Program-made: the position numbers and the translations under genes
Notes under the pieces: model-generated
The model's input: only the letters and a program-made list of their open reading frames with translations
Databases searched by the model: none
Told to the model about the DNA's origin: nothing
From: Cyanobacteria bacterium P01_A01_bin.123
GTDB taxonomy: Bacteria > Cyanobacteriota > Cyanobacteriia > Phormidesmidales > Phormidesmidaceae
Length of the DNA: 64,000 nucleotides
Assembly: GCA_039815185.1 (NCBI GenBank)
Contig: JBCBZT010000015.1
Location: 64,001-128,000 of the forward strand
Direction of reading: 5' to 3'
Shown: positions 40,881 to 49,462 of the stretch, one piece after another
Numbering within the stretch: the stretch's first letter is position 1
Layout of the letters: the number at the start of each line of letters is the position of its first letter

Positions 40881-41786
40881 TTACAGTAATCCCTGCTCCT
40901 CTAGAAATTCGCGAGCCACTTCATCCGGTTCACGACCATTGCCAGCCACCTCCCAATTGAGGGTGCTCATGGTTTCATCGTCAAGGAGGACTGTGACGCT
41001 GTTCAGCACCTCAGCAATTTCAGGGTTAGCATCTAGCGTTTCCTGACGAATAAAGGGTGCAACTGGATAGGGAGGCCAGAATTTCTGGTCGTCTTCGAGC
41101 ACCAACAGGTCAAACGCGGCAATTTGGCCGTCGGTGCCATAGCCCGTGGTGACATCGATATCGCCAGTATCCAGACCGCTGTAAAGTAGACCGGGGTCTA
41201 GAGACTTAACCTCAGCAAAGTCAAAACCGCCATAGGTTTCTTTGAGCGCAGGTAACCCATCGCTACGGTCGGCAAATTCTAAGTCAGTGCCAAAAATTAG
41301 ACCACTGGCGTTTGCAGAAATATCACTAACGGTAGTTACCCCCAATTCATTGGCGCGATCTTTGGTCATCACCAGCGCATAAGTATTGTTGAAAGAGGTC
41401 GGATCTAGCAAAACAACGCTGAACTGCTCGACATAGTCAGCTTTGACCTTGTCATACACATCCATCGTAGACATTGCCGGATCATAGGTTTGTTCTAGAT
41501 GTACCAGTAAGGCCGTGCCAGTATATTCAGGATACAGGTCGATTTCACCCGCAATTAGGGCTGCATGGTTTTCGCTAGTGCCGCCAAGGGCATTGTAATC
41601 AGCGTTGTAGCCCGCGTTGTCGAGCACCATTTCAAACATGTGGCCTAGCAGATACTGCTCGGTAAATTCTTTTGAGCCAATTTTGATCTCAGGACCATCT
41701 GATGAGGAACCCCCGCTACAAGCAGATAGAGCCACCGTCAACAGAAGAGCTGTGCTGGTTAGAAGGGTTCGTCTTTGAAACTGCAT
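40881..41786 (-). CDS. Osmoprotectant (betaine/choline) ABC substrate-binding lipoprotein
   Basis: Lipobox LSAC, GSKEFTEQ, YPEYTGT, FNNTYAL and FWPPY (OpuBC/OsmF type). Confidence 0.92.
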   Translation of the reverse strand: MQFQRRTLLTSTALLLTVALSACSGGSSSDGPEIKIGSKEFTEQYLLGHMFEMVLDNAGYNADYNALGGTSENHAALIAGEIDLYPEYTGTALLVHLEQTYDPAMSTMDVYDKVKADYVEQFSVVLLDPTSFNNTYALVMTKDRANELGVTTVSDISANASGLIFGTDLEFADRSDGLPALKETYGGFDFAEVKSLDPGLLYSGLDTGDIDVTTGYGTDGQIAAFDLLVLEDDQKFWPPYPVAPFIRQETLDANPEIAEVLNSVTVLLDDETMSTLNWEVAGNGREPDEVAREFLEEQGLL

Positions 41787-41841
41787 AATCGATGCCTCTT
41801 GAAAAATAGTTTATGGATAGGGAGGGGACAGGGATGGGGGA

Positions 41842-42936
41842 TTAAGGTGCCGCTGCTGTCCGCAATTTTGCAACATTTGCAGTAGCGCGGAAATGATAGT
41901 AACTGATGATCAGTTCAATACCCGTAATCACTGCGATACTCAGAACTGCCCCAATTAACCAAACAAGGCCTAATGAAGGCGTTTGCTGAATCTTTGTGGT
42001 TAGCCCAAACACCAGCCAAACAAAAGCTGCCGCAGCTGTGCCAAAAGTGATCAGTGTAATCGGCCAAGCGTTGCCACTTTCCCCTCGACGGGGCCACAGC
42101 GTGGCTACTAAGCCCAGCACCAGAACTGGGAGCCCTATAGTCCGATACTCAGCGTGTAGTCCGGTGAGCACGACTGGGTCACTGCCAGCGACAGCCTGGG
42201 TTTCCCAGGGGAGGAGGACGCCAAATAACAGCGGCATTGCTGCTACAACGCATAGTAAGCCAATTAGGCCACCGGCCTTGCGCTGAGAGGTACCAATCTT
42301 TAAACCCTTGGGAGTCACCCAAGTCTCTAGCCGACCAAAGGCTTCTTCAAAGTAGAAAGCTAAGATTGTTGCTGGAATGGCCCCCAGCAGCATCACGTGG
42401 TCACGGTTGAGCTGATGGCCTCGTAAAATCAAGTCGCCCAGCCCACCAGCCCCAATAAATCCGCCAAAGGTGGTGCTGGCGACAATGACCACGGCTGAGG
42501 TGCGAATGCCCGCCATAATCACCGCGATCGCGACTGGCAGCTCTACCTTAAATAAGACCTCAATGTCGCGCATGCCCATGCCTCGGGCCGCTTCTTTCAT
42601 ATTGGCATCAACTTGCTCAATGCCGATCAGGGTGTTGATCAACACTGGCAGCGTGCCGATAAACGTCAGCGCCAAAATGGTGGGTGGGCGACCAATGCCT
42701 AGCAGCGGCAAGGCTAGCGCCAGCACCGCCAAAGTGGGAAACGTATTGCCAATTTTGCCCGCGTTGAGCAAAAACTTTCGCAACCAGCCTACCCGCGACC
42801 CCAGAATGCCAAATAAGACGCCCAGGGTCACCGCGATCGCCAGTGCTGTAAAGGTAATTTGCAAATGCTGACTTAGGGCAGTCGTAAAGTCTTGAGAGCG
42901 TTCGATGAAATACGCCCACATGTCTTGAAATAGCAT
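41842..42936 (-). CDS. Osmoprotectant ABC permease with extra C-terminal membrane domain
   Basis: EAA motif KEAARGMGM and GAGGLG, followed by a hydrophobic extension. Confidence 0.88.
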   Translation of the reverse strand: MLFQDMWAYFIERSQDFTTALSQHLQITFTALAIAVTLGVLFGILGSRVGWLRKFLLNAGKIGNTFPTLAVLALALPLLGIGRPPTILALTFIGTLPVLINTLIGIEQVDANMKEAARGMGMRDIEVLFKVELPVAIAVIMAGIRTSAVVIVASTTFGGFIGAGGLGDLILRGHQLNRDHVMLLGAIPATILAFYFEEAFGRLETWVTPKGLKIGTSQRKAGGLIGLLCVVAAMPLLFGVLLPWETQAVAGSDPVVLTGLHAEYRTIGLPVLVLGLVATLWPRRGESGNAWPITLITFGTAAAAFVWLVFGLTTKIQQTPSLGLVWLIGAVLSIAVITGIELIISYYHFRATANVAKLRTAAAP

Positions 42937-42982
42937 CCAACCCCCAATAGAAATTCCAGTCAAAATTGCGATAGATGAATGC

Positions 42983-43672
42983 CTACCCTTGGGTGGCACC
43001 CGGCAAAGACCGCTCAATCTTGCCAATGACAAAGTCAAAAAACACAGCTAGCAACGCTGCCCCGAGTGCCCCAGCCACCACTTTGTCGTTACGTCCGCCG
43101 CCTGCCGCAATCCCTTCAAAAATCAGCTTGCCAAGGCTGCTGGCCCCAAAATAAGAGGCCAGGGTGGCGAGACTGATGGTGGAGACCACGGCAATGCGAA
43201 TACCGGCAAAGATGACCGGCAGTGCTAATGGTAATTCCACTTGCAGCAAAATGCTCCGCTGGGTCATGCCCATCCCCCGCGCTGCTTCGATAATGGCCGG
43301 ATCAACGCCGTCGATGCCCACTGCCGTATTGCGAATGATTGCCAGTAGGGAATAAACGGTGAGGGCGATAACGGCTGGCGTAAAGCCAATCCCCACGATG
43401 GGAATCATCAACCCAAACATCGCCAAACTGGGTACGGTGTAGAGCATCCCTGCCAGCTTGATCACGGGGTCATAGAGCAGCCGCAGGCGGGTAATCAGCA
43501 CCCCTAGCGGCAGGCTAATCAGCACTGAAAAAAACAGGGTCACAAACGTAATGAGCAGATGACCCCATAAAAATTCCAGCACCCGATCTGGGCGACCGAC
43601 CCCTGGCAAATAGTACAGGACACCGTCCTTCAAGCTGATCAGGAATTCCCCTAGATTGGTAATAAAATCCAT
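42983..43672 (-). CDS. Osmoprotectant ABC permease
   Basis: YTVPSLA, IEAARGMGM and VELPLALPVIFAGIR. Confidence 0.9.
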   Translation of the reverse strand: MDFITNLGEFLISLKDGVLYYLPGVGRPDRVLEFLWGHLLITFVTLFFSVLISLPLGVLITRLRLLYDPVIKLAGMLYTVPSLAMFGLMIPIVGIGFTPAVIALTVYSLLAIIRNTAVGIDGVDPAIIEAARGMGMTQRSILLQVELPLALPVIFAGIRIAVVSTISLATLASYFGASSLGKLIFEGIAAGGGRNDKVVAGALGAALLAVFFDFVIGKIERSLPGATQG

Positions 43673-43682
43673 GCTGCTCCTC

Positions 43683-44810
43683 CTAGCGTCCCGTTGGCAT
43701 CGGTTGGGTTTCAGCAATTAATGCCTGGGCATTTTCAACGGTGACCAGACCGAGCAATCGCTGGTGGGGATCAACCACAGGTAGGTAGCGAATGCCGTAG
43801 CTCAGCATCATGGAGAAAGCATCTTTCATAGTGGCTTCTGCTTCGGTGGTAGAAACCAGATGATGCAGCATTGCCTTAGCCTGCTTGCCAGGATGGGTTT
43901 GGGCCTCTTCGAGCCCCACATACCCAGCCAGTCGGTTGGTCTCGTCTGTAATGAACAGGCTATCGACATTATGCGATCGCATTTTGGCTGCCAAATCTGC
44001 CCCACTGTCATTGACGTTGCCCAACAGTGGCGCTTGCTGCATGACCTCACCCACGCGGACTAGGGTTAGCCGCTTGAGACCACGGTCTGCGCCAACAAAG
44101 TCGGCGACAAAGTCATCCGCAGGTCTGGACAGAATATTGGCTGGGGTATCGAGCTGGGCTAGCACTCCCCCAACCTGCAAAATGCAAACGAGCGTCCCCA
44201 TTTTGAGCGCCTCGTCAATATCGTGGGTGACAAACATGATGGTCTTCTTGAGCTGTTTTTGCAGTCGCAAAAACTCATTTTGTAGGCGATCGCGCGTAAT
44301 CGGATCAATCGCCCCAAAGGGTTCATCCATCAGCATGACGGGCGGATCTGCTGCCAATGCCCGTGCCACCCCGACCCGCTGCCGCTGCCCCCCGGATAGC
44401 TGCTTGGGATAGCGATCCCGAAACTGAGCCGGATCCAGCCCCACAATGTCTAGCAGCTCATCGGCCCGTCGATCAATTTTGGCTTTGTTCCAGCCGAGGA
44501 GTTTGGGTACCACGGCAATATTGTCGCGGATGGTGAAGTGAGGGAACAGGCCAATTTGCTGAATGACGTAACCGATACTGCGTCGGAGTTCGACCTGATT
44601 TTGCTTGAGCACATTGCGCCCGCCTACAAAAATCTCACCGCTGGTGGGCTCGATCAGGCGGTTGACCATTTTCATCGTGGTGGTCTTGCCACAACCAGAC
44701 GGCCCAATCACCACGCAGGTCTCACCTTCCGGCACAGACATGGTTAAGTGGCTGACCGAAGGCTGGCTAGCCCCAGCGTAAACCTTAACCACATCATTAA
44801 ACTGAATCAT
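43683..44810 (-). CDS. Osmoprotectant ABC ATPase with CBS pair
   Basis: GPSGCGKTT, LSGGQRQR and MDEPFGAID, with a C-terminal CBS pair. Confidence 0.93.
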   Translation of the reverse strand: MIQFNDVVKVYAGASQPSVSHLTMSVPEGETCVVIGPSGCGKTTTMKMVNRLIEPTSGEIFVGGRNVLKQNQVELRRSIGYVIQQIGLFPHFTIRDNIAVVPKLLGWNKAKIDRRADELLDIVGLDPAQFRDRYPKQLSGGQRQRVGVARALAADPPVMLMDEPFGAIDPITRDRLQNEFLRLQKQLKKTIMFVTHDIDEALKMGTLVCILQVGGVLAQLDTPANILSRPADDFVADFVGADRGLKRLTLVRVGEVMQQAPLLGNVNDSGADLAAKMRSHNVDSLFITDETNRLAGYVGLEEAQTHPGKQAKAMLHHLVSTTEAEATMKDAFSMMLSYGIRYLPVVDPHQRLLGLVTVENAQALIAETQPMPTGR

Positions 44811-44995
44811 CGGGATCAAAATGAATTTCCTCTGTTAGCAACAGGGAGTAGGGCATGACGCTGATACAGCGTCAATGCTTCACAGGAAAACGGTATTTTT
44901 TTGTCCCAGGTTCTACTCCAAGGAATATTGTTTCCAACATTCCAGCAATTTATCGCTGTTTCCAGCATTCTTAGAGATTGGTTAACAACCCTCTG

Positions 44996-45011
44996 TGTAA
45001 ATTCTTTTACA
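44996..45011. promoter_or_regulatory. Candidate NtcA site
   Basis: TGTA-AATTCTTT-TACA matches TGTA-N8-TACA. Confidence 0.45.
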
Positions 45012-45284
45012 CATTTCTCTCATGGTCTAACCTTGAACACTGAATGATAGGCATACAGCGACAACATCGACATAACAACCGTTAGTTTAACACTCAACCT
45101 CTGTAGCAACGGTTTCATGCAGACGATATACAGTTATTTTCGGGGTGTGAAGACATATTTGTAACCATCTGTATCAATACATTACAGCTATACTGATGAA
45201 TTTCTATCACAATGACTACATTGTCAGAGGTTGATTGTTATTTTAGAGCGCTGCTTACTAAAACCCATAGGCTTAATAGGGTAC

Positions 45285-45312
45285 TTGACACTGATTGGAG
45301 AATTGCTTTAAT
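45285..45312 (+). promoter_or_regulatory. Candidate sigma70 promoter of the thr leader/thrS transcript
   Basis: Perfect TTGACA (45285-45290), then TGC-TTTAAT (45304-45312) with a 16-bp spacer. Confidence 0.45.
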
Positions 45313-45343
45313 AGAAATGTGCCGGAGCAAATCTTTTCTGACT

Positions 45344-45406
45344 ATGAACACAGCAACTACCCTGACTACCACTACCCCCTCAACTATTTCCCTAGGAGGG
45401 TTGTAA
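45344..45406 (+). CDS. Threonine-rich leader peptide 1 (MNTATTLTTTTPSTISLGGL)
   Basis: 8 of 20 codons are Thr, including an ACT ACC ACT ACC run; the ORF overlaps the attenuator pairing segments. Confidence 0.85.
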   Translation: MNTATTLTTTTPSTISLGGL

Positions 45407-45439
45407 GGCGCTGTACTGAAATTTAGTCTTACTACTTTA

Positions 45440-45476
45440 ATTGCCCTCCAGATATTCTCTGGGGGGCAATGTTTTT
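45440..45476 (+). terminator. Attenuator terminator 1
   Basis: ATTGCCCTCCAGA-TATTC-TCTGGGGGGCAAT then GTTTTT. The 5' arm CCCTCC can alternatively pair with GGAGGG at 45395-45400. Confidence 0.85.
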
Positions 45477-45526
45477 CTAGCTTTTGTATTTAAGACAGGT
45501 TAACCAGAATGCTTATTTTTCTGACA

Positions 45527-45586
45527 ATGCCGTTTGCAATGAACACGACTACCACTACCCCCTCGATCACGCCTGGAGGGACGTGA
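45527..45586 (+). CDS. Threonine-rich leader peptide 2 (MPFAMNTTTTTPSITPGGT; alternative ATG at 45539)
   Basis: Five consecutive Thr codons (ACG ACT ACC ACT ACC); homologous to leader 1. Confidence 0.85.
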   Translation: MPFAMNTTTTTPSITPGGT

Positions 45587-45614
45587 CGATTGATGGCGCC
45601 TGTCACGCATTTGT

Positions 45615-45643
45615 CCCTCCTGGCCTGGCTTGGAGGGTTTTTT
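45615..45643 (+). terminator. Attenuator terminator 2
   Basis: CCCTCC-TGGCCTGGCTT-GGAGGG-TTTTTT; competes with the antiterminator GGAGGGAC:GTCCCTCC. Confidence 0.85.
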
Positions 45644-45794
45644 ATTGCCTTGAAAACTTAGCCACATTCAGATCTGTAACGCTCCTGAGCTAAAAGCTCA
45701 AGCGTTTTCCCGGGTTGGAACGCGGCGTTTTGCGCGCCAATTCAAGGTTGCAAATCAGATGGGGTTTATAACTCAAACCAAAGGAGCATTGACA

Positions 45795-47021
45795 ATGGCG
45801 GATCACCGTGAACTTGCAAAAGATATGGATTTGTTTCATTTTGAGGCGCATAGTCCAGGCATGGTGTTTTGGCACCCACTGGGACTTCGGCTCTTTCGCA
45901 GCCTGGAAGACTTTATGAGACAGGTTTATCAAACCTATGGTTTTGAGGAAGTGCGATCGCCCATTGCCCTCAATCGATCACTATGGGAACGCTCCGGGCA
46001 TTGGGAAAAATTTCGACAGGGAATGTTTGTCGTCGGCAGTGTAACCGCAGATGAAAATGATGCCTCAGACCTATCTGTTCTCAATCCCGACTATGCGTTG
46101 AAGCCCATGTCTTGTCCGGCCCATATTGCCATTTATCAGTCTCGCAAACGCAGCTATCGGGAAAATCCGATGCGATTAATGGAGTTTGGTATCTGCCATC
46201 GTAATGAATTGTCCGGCACATTATCGGGATGTATGCGGCTGCGGCAATTTGTCCAGGATGATGCCCATATTTTCTGTTGTGAATCTGATGTGCAGCAGGA
46301 AATTAGCAGTTTTCTCAAGATGGTGCAGCAAGTTTATGCGGCCTTTGGTTATGAGCAATTTTCTCTGCAAATTTCCCTTAGACCAGAGCAGCGGCTTGGT
46401 GCCGATTCTCTTTGGGATAGCGCTGAATCGCTGTTAATCAAAGCCGTTGAATCTCTGGGGTACCGCTATCAATTAGCCGCCAACGAAGGGGCATTCTACG
46501 GGCCTAAGCTGGAAATTAGTTTGCAAGATCAGCTGGGGCGATCGTGGCAGTGTGGCACATTTCAAGTTGATTTCAACCTGCCTCAAATGTTTGAACTTGC
46601 TTTTGTGAATGAACTGGGGCAATTAGAGCGTCCCGTCATGTTGCACCAAGCTGTTCTGGGATCGCTGGAGCGCTGGATCGGCATTTTGTTAGAGCACCAC
46701 GGCGGTATCCTTCCAGTGTGGATTGCTCCTGTACAGGTTGCGATCGCGTCGATTTCCAATAAATCAGCCGACTGGGCAGAAATAATTTTTGCTCGGCTTC
46801 AGCAGCTAGGGGTAAGGGTGGAGCTGCATAACCAAGATCGCACCATCAGTAAGAAAATTCGTGAACTGTCCAAATGCAGAATTCCCTTAATTGCGGTGGT
46901 CGGTGAGCAAGAAGCTAGAGATCAAAGGCTAAATCTTCGACGTTTAGGAACCTCAGAACAACAAGACATGAATCTAGCTGAGTTTGAGCAAAAGTTAGCC
47001 GTGCTCTCCAAACCCGCTTGA
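45795..47021 (+). CDS. thrS: Threonyl-tRNA synthetase, short form (catalytic + anticodon-binding domains only)
   Basis: Starts at DHRELAKDMDLF; contains SGHW, LKPMSCPAH, QDDAH, GAFYGPK, WQCGTFQVDF and GSLERW; AAGGAG RBS at 45781. Confidence 0.95.
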   Translation: MADHRELAKDMDLFHFEAHSPGMVFWHPLGLRLFRSLEDFMRQVYQTYGFEEVRSPIALNRSLWERSGHWEKFRQGMFVVGSVTADENDASDLSVLNPDYALKPMSCPAHIAIYQSRKRSYRENPMRLMEFGICHRNELSGTLSGCMRLRQFVQDDAHIFCCESDVQQEISSFLKMVQQVYAAFGYEQFSLQISLRPEQRLGADSLWDSAESLLIKAVESLGYRYQLAANEGAFYGPKLEISLQDQLGRSWQCGTFQVDFNLPQMFELAFVNELGQLERPVMLHQAVLGSLERWIGILLEHHGGILPVWIAPVQVAIASISNKSADWAEIIFARLQQLGVRVELHNQDRTISKKIRELSKCRIPLIAVVGEQEARDQRLNLRRLGTSEQQDMNLAEFEQKLAVLSKPA

Positions 47022-47077
47022 GTTTCTTTGCCCAGATGATGAACTTAAAGCGGGAAATCATTGCTAAATGAGAACTC

Positions 47078-47115
47078 AGAAGTCAGATCTAGTCTCATAC
47101 TGACTTCTAGGTTTT
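47078..47115 (+). terminator. Possible thrS terminator
   Basis: AGAAGTCAG...CTGACTTCT stem followed by AGGTTTT. Confidence 0.4.
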
Positions 47116-47227
47116 GACATCTAGATTCCTTTACTATCAGGCCTTGCTGGCTTAAATTAGACGCCGAAGGGAGTGATCTCTGGGGTTGGGCAACGCAGCT
47201 GAGTGAGCCAGACGTAAGGGAGGAGGC

Positions 47228-47830
47228 ATGGACGTCCGCATTTGTTTTATTGGGGATTCCTTTGTGAACGGGACAGGGGATCCGACCTATTTAGGCTGGA
47301 CAGGGCGCGTGTGTGCTGAGGTGGCGCAACAGGGCCATGCGGTTACCGCTTACAACCTAGGTATCCGTCGAGAAACCAGCCTGCAAATTGAGCAGCGCTG
47401 GCCCCAAGAAGTGGTGTGTCGTTTACCCAATGACTGTCAGGGGCGCTTGGTATTTTCCTTTGGGGCAAACGATATGACTGTAGAACAGGGCAGTAATCGA
47501 GTCGATCTGGCAACATCGATTGCTGCCGCCCGACGCCTATTGCAGGCAGCATCCCGCCAGTATCCGGTGCTGATGGTGGGGCCACCTGCGATCGCCGTCA
47601 ATCCTGCCCATACGGATCGAATTACCCACCTTTCAGCTCAGTATGGAGACCTGTGCCACAGCTTAGGCGTTCCCTACTTAGAGACTTGTCGACTGACTGC
47701 CCAATCAGTTCTTTGGTCTGCAGAAGTGCAGGCCGGAGATGGCGCCCATCCCGGTGCTGGAGGATATGGCGAACTGGCAACCCTGGTGAGCAATTGGTCA
47801 GCTTGGCGCGACTGGTTTGATATCGATTAA
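47228..47830 (+). CDS. SGNH/GDSL hydrolase
   Basis: FIGDSF, NLGIR, FGAND and DGAHP. Confidence 0.92.
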   Translation: MDVRICFIGDSFVNGTGDPTYLGWTGRVCAEVAQQGHAVTAYNLGIRRETSLQIEQRWPQEVVCRLPNDCQGRLVFSFGANDMTVEQGSNRVDLATSIAAARRLLQAASRQYPVLMVGPPAIAVNPAHTDRITHLSAQYGDLCHSLGVPYLETCRLTAQSVLWSAEVQAGDGAHPGAGGYGELATLVSNWSAWRDWFDID

Positions 47831-47844
47831 CCCTTGGAAATGTC

Positions 47845-48594
47845 ATGTATCTGTCGTTGTTGACCATTTATCGAAATCGTCCCAACCATTTGCAAACGTT
47901 GTTGCGTTGGTGGGGTGGATTGCGGCCTGCTAATGGAGAGACGGCGTCAACGCAGCTCACGGATACTGAACTGATGGTAATCGAAGTCAATGAGAACCCC
48001 ACTCCAGGTTTAGCCGAATGGGTGGATCAAAAGCATGCCCGTTATATGCATTTGGCTTGCGGAGGCCCTTTGCATAAAACCCGGGGTTTAAATTTGGGGT
48101 TGCAATTATCCCAGGGACAATTCGTCGCACCGCTGGATGTGGACTTGCAACCCTGGCGGCAAACTTTAGGGGATCATTTGACCCTGGCGCGTAGTTCACC
48201 CCATCTTCTAGTCACTGGGTATCGATTAATGCTGCCGATCGAAACTGCTGTACCTGAGGTGCGGTTAGAGCTGGTTGAACGGGCTGCGATCGCCCCTGAA
48301 GACCAACCCACTGCCCTCCGCAAGCACCTATTGCAGGGTGAAAAATTTGGCGTTATGCCGTTTTTTGAACGCCAGCGCTTATTAGATATCGACGGTTGGG
48401 ATGAAGCCTTTGTCGGCTGGGGAGCTGAAGATCAAGATGTGATCGAGCGCTACTTGGGCGATGGTCGCCACCTGTGTCGTTGTCCCCACCTGGTGTATTT
48501 GCACTGGCATCATCCGGTCGATGAGCAGTGGCAATCCGCTGCGATCGTTGAGGCGAATCGGCAACATTACTACACGAAGAGAACCAGCCCCTAA
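47845..48594 (+). CDS. Glycosyltransferase (GT-A fold, GT2/GT7-like)
   Basis: YRNR, DXD (LDVD) and GWDEAFVGWGAEDQD. Confidence 0.85.
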   Translation: MYLSLLTIYRNRPNHLQTLLRWWGGLRPANGETASTQLTDTELMVIEVNENPTPGLAEWVDQKHARYMHLACGGPLHKTRGLNLGLQLSQGQFVAPLDVDLQPWRQTLGDHLTLARSSPHLLVTGYRLMLPIETAVPEVRLELVERAAIAPEDQPTALRKHLLQGEKFGVMPFFERQRLLDIDGWDEAFVGWGAEDQDVIERYLGDGRHLCRCPHLVYLHWHHPVDEQWQSAAIVEANRQHYYTKRTSP

Positions 48595-49370
48595 AATTGG
48601 CGACGAGAAAACACAAATACTGTAATTGCTAATAGCAAAATCGTGTAGAGTACTGCATAGCCCGCATGCCCCACCATCTCTAGGGGAGAGGGCAACAGTT
48701 CCATGCCGTAGATGGCTTCGTTGCGAAAGTTGAGCCGCTCTAGGTCAGGCAAAATCAAATACAGGCCGTTGGTGATGCGTTGCACCCCTGGATTTTCGCT
48801 CAATTGCCCTAGGGCGACTAAATCTTGAGTCAGATGGCCCATCAAATAGACCGCAAAGGTCATCAGCGTTGCCAACAGTGAACTGGTAAACACCCCAAAT
48901 AAAATGGCTACGGCGGTCAACAACACCATCTCAATAAATGTGAACAGCACCGCCAAAAGCACACTTGTTATGGGAAAAGGAATTTGATTGAAGGCCAACA
49001 CCCCCAGCAAGATTGCGGTTAATGCCGTAATCAGCACGGCTAACACCAGCCCCAATCCCAAATGCTTGCCCACAATAAATTCGGTGCGGCTCACAGGTTT
49101 AGCAATCAGCACCAGCACCGTGCGTTTTTCGATTTCTTTATTAATCAATCCGGTGCCGACAAACACCGCCACCAGCAACCCAAACAGACTCACCCCGGCC
49201 AAGCCCAGATCGAGGGTAATTTTGTCCTCTGCCCCAGCAGACACTTCTGGCAACATCGCCGCTGCTGCAACCAGCAATACTGCAAAGACCAGCACTAGAT
49301 ACAAAATGCGATCGCGAATCACCTCCAAAAAAACATTGCTCGCAATCACCCAAATTCTAGAGAGCTTCAT
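48591..49370 (-). CDS. fraE: ABC-2 type permease, FraE
   Basis: KEIEKRT...KPVSRTEFIVGKHLG; third gene of the fraC operon. Confidence 0.78.
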   Translation of the reverse strand: MKLSRIWVIASNVFLEVIRDRILYLVLVFAVLLVAAAAMLPEVSAGAEDKITLDLGLAGVSLFGLLVAVFVGTGLINKEIEKRTVLVLIAKPVSRTEFIVGKHLGLGLVLAVLITALTAILLGVLAFNQIPFPITSVLLAVLFTFIEMVLLTAVAILFGVFTSSLLATLMTFAVYLMGHLTQDLVALGQLSENPGVQRITNGLYLILPDLERLNFRNEAIYGMELLPSPLEMVGHAGYAVLYTILLLAITVFVFSRRQF

Positions 49371-49462
49371 AACACACGCTACCGATGACCCAGCCTTATC
49401 CCTAATACCTTACCCCTAACGAAATCCGATGTCTCCAACGGCATTATTCCTGCATCGTGGCC

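Noticed and set aside
45212..45343. 64-aa ORF (track) as a real protein
   Set aside because: Only its last 20 codons are explained, as the leader peptide; the upstream part overlaps the candidate promoter.
45340..45660. T-box riboswitch for thrS
   Set aside because: There is no T-box consensus (AAGGTGGNACCGCG type) or specifier stem; Thr-codon leader ORFs explain the region better.
47160..47200. Glycine-riboswitch-like GCCGAAGG
   Set aside because: The GGAGA and CTCTCAGG elements are missing and the downstream gene is unrelated.
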